From Zymomonas mobilis subsp. mobilis ATCC 10988 (GTDB lineage: Bacteria > Pseudomonadota > Alphaproteobacteria > Sphingomonadales > Sphingomonadaceae): 32,000 nt of DNA. Made by a program: the position numbers and the translations under genes. Under the pieces are notes generated by a model, which saw only the letters and a list, made by a program, of their open reading frames with translations, made no database searches and had not been told where the DNA came from. Shown one piece after another: positions 27,948 through 32,000 of the stretch (positions are counted from its first letter, which is position 1; each line of letters opens with the position of its first letter). The DNA is taken from contig NC_017262.1 of assembly GCF_000175255.2 (NCBI RefSeq), positions 1,350,001 through 1,382,000 of the forward strand. The letters run 5' to 3'.

Positions 27948-30317
27948 TCAGAATTGATAAGAAGTCTGGAGATAATAAAATCCGCCATTCACCCCGATCT
28001 GGCTGGCAGCCCCGTCATATTTGCCGGAACCATAATAGCCATTGGCGGCGGGAATACGGGTGGTATGGGCATTGAAAAGATTATTGGCGCCGATAGCGAC
28101 CCGTAATTTTTCAATAGGACGATATCCAATTTCTAAATTGGTAATCCAACGCGGATGATTATGAATGCGGTTAAAATCAGTCATCGAATAGGCATTCGGG
28201 CCCTGATACCAGGTCATTTCATCGGTAGTCTGGCCAAAACGCTGCTCATGCAGGCTGACATCCCATTTTTTGGAAAAAGATTCCCATCTTCCGCCAAAAG
28301 TAATCCGATTTTTCGGGGTGCTACTGGTCAAATAAGCCCGTGTCTGGGCATTCAAGGCTGACATCCCATTCGCCAGTTGGTTGACATGCCGAATGGTGGT
28401 CGCATTGATATTCAAGGCAATATCCCAGTCAACAATACCGAAATTCTCAAAACGACTATGGTAACTGGCGGTAAAATCCAAACCGCGGGTGCGGGTGCTG
28501 GCACCATTGGTAAAGAACCATGCCGATATATTTTGAGCCTCAAGCGTCGAAGCTACGGTCACTCCTTGTGCGTTCAAAGCCGCCAAAGCCGCCTCACCGG
28601 ATATACCGGGGCCACTGACAATCCGGTTACGGATAGCGATCTGATAGCTATCAAGGGTAAAATGAAGATTTTTCAAAGGTGAATAGACCAGTCCGGCCGT
28701 AATATTGGTAGCCTTTTCCGGTTTTAATGGCACCGCCCCCAATAGCTTGGCCGCAGCCGAATTAGCGCCCAAAGTGCCGCTGGCACTATCAGGCCCCACT
28801 GACAAGGTGCTAAAATATTCATTGGCAAGGCTTGGCGCTCTTGTCCCACTGCTAAAGGTCGCCCGAAGCGCGAATTGATCGGTAAAGTCATATCGGGTCG
28901 AAGCTTTACCATTCAGCGTGCTACCGAAATCGCTATAATATTCATAGCGTCCGGCTAAATCGACCTGCCAACGCTTTGTCAAATGGGCAGAAAGATCAAG
29001 ATAACCACTATAGACATTACGGGAATGAGATCCGGCAACAGCGGGTATAATACCGGTTCGGGCTTGGGTTCCGCCATATAAATAGGAGGCCGGATCACCC
29101 GCTCCGGTTTTATAGGTTTCATAACGATGGGCGAAACCGGCCGCCACGGTCAGCGGGCTATAGATCATGGGCAAAGCCAATTCTTTGCTCAGATCAAGGG
29201 TATTATTCAGTTGAGTGGTCGAATAATTATTCAGATGCACCGATAAAGGGGTCGAACCCGTTGCGGCATAAAGGCCAAGATTGGCGGTTTTATCGAGGTC
29301 ATTCCGAATGAAATTGCCGCCATAGGTGGAATTGACATCCCAATGGATTCCCAAGGCATTATCACCACGCAACCCAAGAGAAGCCGAAAAGTCGTTTTCA
29401 GACAATTTTTGTATCGGCATAAAGCCATCAGGATAGGCTTCGGGAAAACGATCAGCCGTTCTATAGACCTGATTAACCTCACTATTGCGATGCGAATAGC
29501 TATCAGTCGTATAAATTTCGATGCCATTTCCAAAATCATAACCGGCATTGATCGCCAGATTATAGCGGGTCGCCATCGGATCACCGACAACTTTCAAACT
29601 ATGGCGCTGGGTTCGGCTATCGATACCATCACGGCTGGTATGATTTTGATGACGAAAATCGAAGGCAACATCAAAGAAACCGGAATGACCAATTTTGAAT
29701 CCCTTATTAAAACCGGCCTGTCCGACCAATCCATCTCCGGCATAGGTCTGTCCGATCTGACTTCTGGCACTGCCACCATGATTGTCAGATTTCAAAATGA
29801 TATTGACGACTCCGGCAATGGCATCGGAACCATATTGGGCAGCGGCGCCATCTTTCAAAACCTCAATATGGTCAATCAATTCGGGGGCAATCAAATCAAG
29901 ATCGGTTGGCGTAGCCGCATCGGCAAAACCATCAATATAGAGGAAAGAGCTATTATGACGGCGCTTGCCATTGACCAAAACCAAGGTCTGATTTGGATTA
30001 AGACCCCGTAAACTGACAAAATTGGTAGGTGCGGCAACAAATTGCCCGACAGCCGGTTGCGTAATAGAAGGCACTAATTGCGCCAAAGCCGAGGTAACAT
30101 TCGTCTGGCCGGTTTCCAGCAATTCTCGATTATTCAAAACTTCAATAGGGGAAAGACTATCCCTTATTTTCTTATGCGTTTCACGGGTGCCGGTAACGAT
30201 AATGGCATCATTATTAGAAGTATTACTAACAGTATCAGTCGCGGCTTCTACCGGATATTGTAAGAAAAACCATGAAAAGGAAAAAAGAAAACCTCCTTTT
30301 TTAATAAAATTTTTCAT
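27948..30317 (-). CDS. TonB-dependent outer-membrane receptor
   Basis: 789 aa with a signal peptide, a TonB-box-like DAIIVTG, a plug domain, and a beta-barrel with a C-terminal aromatic residue (…YYLQTSYQF). Confidence 0.9.
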   Translation of the reverse strand: MKNFIKKGGFLFSFSWFFLQYPVEAATDTVSNTSNNDAIIVTGTRETHKKIRDSLSPIEVLNNRELLETGQTNVTSALAQLVPSITQPAVGQFVAAPTNFVSLRGLNPNQTLVLVNGKRRHNSSFLYIDGFADAATPTDLDLIAPELIDHIEVLKDGAAAQYGSDAIAGVVNIILKSDNHGGSARSQIGQTYAGDGLVGQAGFNKGFKIGHSGFFDVAFDFRHQNHTSRDGIDSRTQRHSLKVVGDPMATRYNLAINAGYDFGNGIEIYTTDSYSHRNSEVNQVYRTADRFPEAYPDGFMPIQKLSENDFSASLGLRGDNALGIHWDVNSTYGGNFIRNDLDKTANLGLYAATGSTPLSVHLNNYSTTQLNNTLDLSKELALPMIYSPLTVAAGFAHRYETYKTGAGDPASYLYGGTQARTGIIPAVAGSHSRNVYSGYLDLSAHLTKRWQVDLAGRYEYYSDFGSTLNGKASTRYDFTDQFALRATFSSGTRAPSLANEYFSTLSVGPDSASGTLGANSAAAKLLGAVPLKPEKATNITAGLVYSPLKNLHFTLDSYQIAIRNRIVSGPGISGEAALAALNAQGVTVASTLEAQNISAWFFTNGASTRTRGLDFTASYHSRFENFGIVDWDIALNINATTIRHVNQLANGMSALNAQTRAYLTSSTPKNRITFGGRWESFSKKWDVSLHEQRFGQTTDEMTWYQGPNAYSMTDFNRIHNHPRWITNLEIGYRPIEKLRVAIGANNLFNAHTTRIPAANGYYGSGKYDGAASQIGVNGGFYYLQTSYQF

Positions 30318-30339
30318 ACGCCCCCTCTTTAATTTTTAG

Positions 30340-30720
30340 ATAATTTTGCTTCTCCTCGATAATTTTTAATATAATTATTTTATTTAATGATAAAATTTAA
30401 ATATAATTTATGGGTATAAAGTATTTATTTATTGGATATAAATTATTAAATAATGTTATATTATATTTCATCTTTTGAAAAATAAAGAGATCGACTATAC
30501 AATAAAGGATAAAAAAGGATGCCATCACCCTAAATTAAAAATAAAAAACTAATTAAAATTAAAATAATTAAACAAATAAAAAAATAAAACAAAATCTATT
30601 TTACAGTAATTTTAAAAATAAAAAATTAACTTTATTTGGAATTAAGAGTTTTTTTGAAAAAGACCTATTCAATAACCTAAAATTTTCAGATTATTTTCAT
30701 CTAAAAAATATACCGCCGTT
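30340..30720. other. Extremely AT-rich tract: candidate DNA-unwinding element of oriC and/or promoter region of the TonB-dependent receptor
   Basis: ~380 bp made almost entirely of A/T. It lies directly beside the DnaA-box cluster. It contains a 14-mer direct repeat, ttaaaaataaaaaa, at 30535-30548 and 30612-30625. Confidence 0.5.
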
Positions 30721-30878
30721 AACAAGAGACAAATCCACAGACAGCTTTCCCTTATCGAGTCGCTTCTTTCGAGTCGGATAGCGACGACTCGACAGTTATT
30801 TATCCTTCATTCAGCCCTATGGAACGCCCTGAGGTGCTCAATTTCATCCTCTTTCGGAAAGAAAAAAGGACAGCCCTT

Positions 30879-31137
30879 TTATCCACTCAATTTCTGTGGA
30901 TAAGCCTGTGGATAACTAAGGTATAAAAATGGGGATAACTACTGACTCCCCAGTTATCCACAAAGTTATCCCAACTATCCACATCCATTCCACAGAGTTA
31001 TCCACAGGATAAGCCATTTTATACAAAGACAATCTATTATGTGTATAACTCATACGACTCCGTAAGACTCAATGAGTCGCAACAAGCATAAATTGTGGAT
31101 AACTCCGTGGATAAAAATGTTATCCCCATTATCCACA
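30879..31137. other. Chromosomal replication origin (oriC) core: DnaA-box cluster
   Basis: Six perfect TTATCCACA/TGTGGATAA boxes: 30895-30903, 30907-30915, 30954-30962, 30998-31006, 31094-31102, 31129-31137. Five one-mismatch boxes: 30879, 30930, 30975, 31106, 31120. One two-mismatch box: 30966. The cluster is immediately upstream of hemE, the conserved alpha-proteobacterial origin position. Confidence 0.9.
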
Positions 31138-31182
31138 GCCCCAACAACAGCAACAACCATTTAAAGATTCTTAAGGATAGTT

Positions 31183-32000
31183 ATGGGTAAATCGCGAAAA
31201 AAGCCTGACGCACCCCTGTTAAAGCTCCTCGCAGGCCAAAAGCTAACAACGCCTCCGATATGGCTTATGCGGCAGGCGGGACGCTATTTGCCCGAATACC
31301 GAAAATTACGAGAACAGAAGGCGGGATTCTTACCGCTGGTCGAAGATTCCGAAGCCGCCGCTGAAGCGACTTTGCAGCCGATCAACCGTTTTCATTTCGA
31401 TGCCGCTATTCTTTTCTCGGATATTCTGGTTATTCCCTATACCCTTGGACAGGATCTTACTTTCGTCAAAGGGGAAGGGCCCAAGCTTACCCCGGCTTTG
31501 GTCAATCATCGTCTGGATCTTCTGACAAAGCTTCCCGATCGCCTAACTCCGATTTATGAAACCGTCCGTCGGGTAGCCCATAGACTTTCTCCTGAAACAA
31601 CCTTTCTCGGCTTCGCGGGCAGCCCTTGGACTGTCGCCACCTATATGGTCGCAGGGGAAGGTAGCCGCGATCAAGCGGTCACAAGGGCAATGGCCTATCG
31701 TGACCCACAGGCTTTTTCAGAAATTATCGAAGCGATCATTGATCTGACGGTTCTCTATCTCGATGGTCAGATCGAAGCCGGTGTCGATGCGGTGCAGCTT
31801 TTTGACAGTTGGGCAGGAACCTTATCGCCACAACAATTTGAACGCTGGGTCATCGACCCAACGGCACGTCTGGTTGAAAAATTACGGGAAAAGCACCCCA
31901 ATATTCCGATCATCGGCTTTCCCAAAGGTGCCGCTAGCCGGATCAAGGCTTATATTGCCGATACCCAAGTCACGGCGATCGGTCTTGATGAAACTATCGA
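31183..32000 (+). CDS. hemE: Uroporphyrinogen decarboxylase, 3'-partial (runs off the window)
   Basis: This gene is absent from the ORF track because it has no stop in the window. My translation from the ATG at 31183 is MGKSRKKPDAPLLKLLAGQKLTTPPIWLMRQAGRYLPEYRKLREQ...FSDILVIPY...GSPWTVATYMV...VQLFDSWAG, which carries canonical HemE motifs. Confidence 0.9.
   Translation, partial: MGKSRKKPDAPLLKLLAGQKLTTPPIWLMRQAGRYLPEYRKLREQKAGFLPLVEDSEAAAEATLQPINRFHFDAAILFSDILVIPYTLGQDLTFVKGEGPKLTPALVNHRLDLLTKLPDRLTPIYETVRRVAHRLSPETTFLGFAGSPWTVATYMVAGEGSRDQAVTRAMAYRDPQAFSEIIEAIIDLTVLYLDGQIEAGVDAVQLFDSWAGTLSPQQFERWVIDPTARLVEKLREKHPNIPIIGFPKGAASRIKAYIADTQVTAIGLDETI

Noticed and set aside
29343-30011. 222-aa plus-strand ORF antisense to the TonB-dependent receptor
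   Set aside because: It is fully embedded antisense in a gene with strong family features. Its composition (I/G/T-rich) mirrors the complement of beta-barrel codons. There is no independent support.
30358-30400. Fur-box-like sequence (gataatttttaatataatt) upstream of the TonB-dependent receptor
   Set aside because: It matches only about 12/19 positions of the GATAATGATAATCATTATC consensus in a nearly pure A/T background, which is not distinguishable from chance.
30535-30625. Possible CRISPR or tandem-repeat array in the AT-rich tract
   Set aside because: There are only two copies of a low-complexity 14-mer, no regular repeat-spacer periodicity, and no cas genes in the window.
31161-31174. 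CtrA-box-like TTAA...TTAA near hemE, and several TTAA pairs in the AT-rich tract (30340-30720)
   Set aside because: The Caulobacter CtrA site is TTAA-N7-TTAA. The best candidate here (ttaaagattcttaa) has N6, and the others have N2, N5, N9, N12 or N14. TTAA pairs are expected by chance in DNA this AT-rich.

Overview
By gene content and order this window looks like the origin-proximal region of a Zymomonas mobilis-type (Sphingomonadales, alpha-proteobacterial) chromosome. That assignment is from memory and is not verified. The right end holds a very strong oriC call: 12 DnaA-box-like 9-mers, 6 of them perfect TTATCCACA, immediately upstream of hemE, next to a ~400 bp extremely AT-rich tract and a cluster of GANTC sites.

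Moving left from the origin:
- A TonB-dependent receptor plus a signal-peptide-bearing HisC-like aminotransferase, both on the minus strand.
- A contiguous 9 kb sulfate-assimilation supercluster, cysJ-cysI-cysH-cysG-cysD-cysN-cysC, whose proteins look strikingly enterobacterial.
- A DUF45/YgjP-like metallohydrolase.
- The classic alpha-proteobacterial heat-shock/housekeeping block: rph-rdgB-hemW, divergent from hrcA-grpE-rsmB-rpe and a heparinase II/III-like gene.
- lutABC.
- An IS-scarred accessory patch: two different IS5-family/IS427-group elements, a Gpt-like phosphoribosyltransferase and an IS-truncated astA pseudogene.
- A 5'-partial adenosine deaminase-family gene.

The most unusual locus is a ~0.75 kb, roughly 20% GC (by eye) insert at 15991-16745, fitted exactly between the convergent genes hemW and DUF45. 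It encodes an orphan membrane-anchored protein of about 249 aa. Its reading frame is split at an A7 tract that sits in perfect X_XXY_YYZ phase, so it is either a programmed -1 frameshift, a phase-variable homopolymer, or a fresh pseudogene. I cannot assign it a family. It is the best candidate here for an undescribed, possibly defence- or toxin-like function, but that is inference only.

I saw no rRNA, tRNA or CRISPR array.
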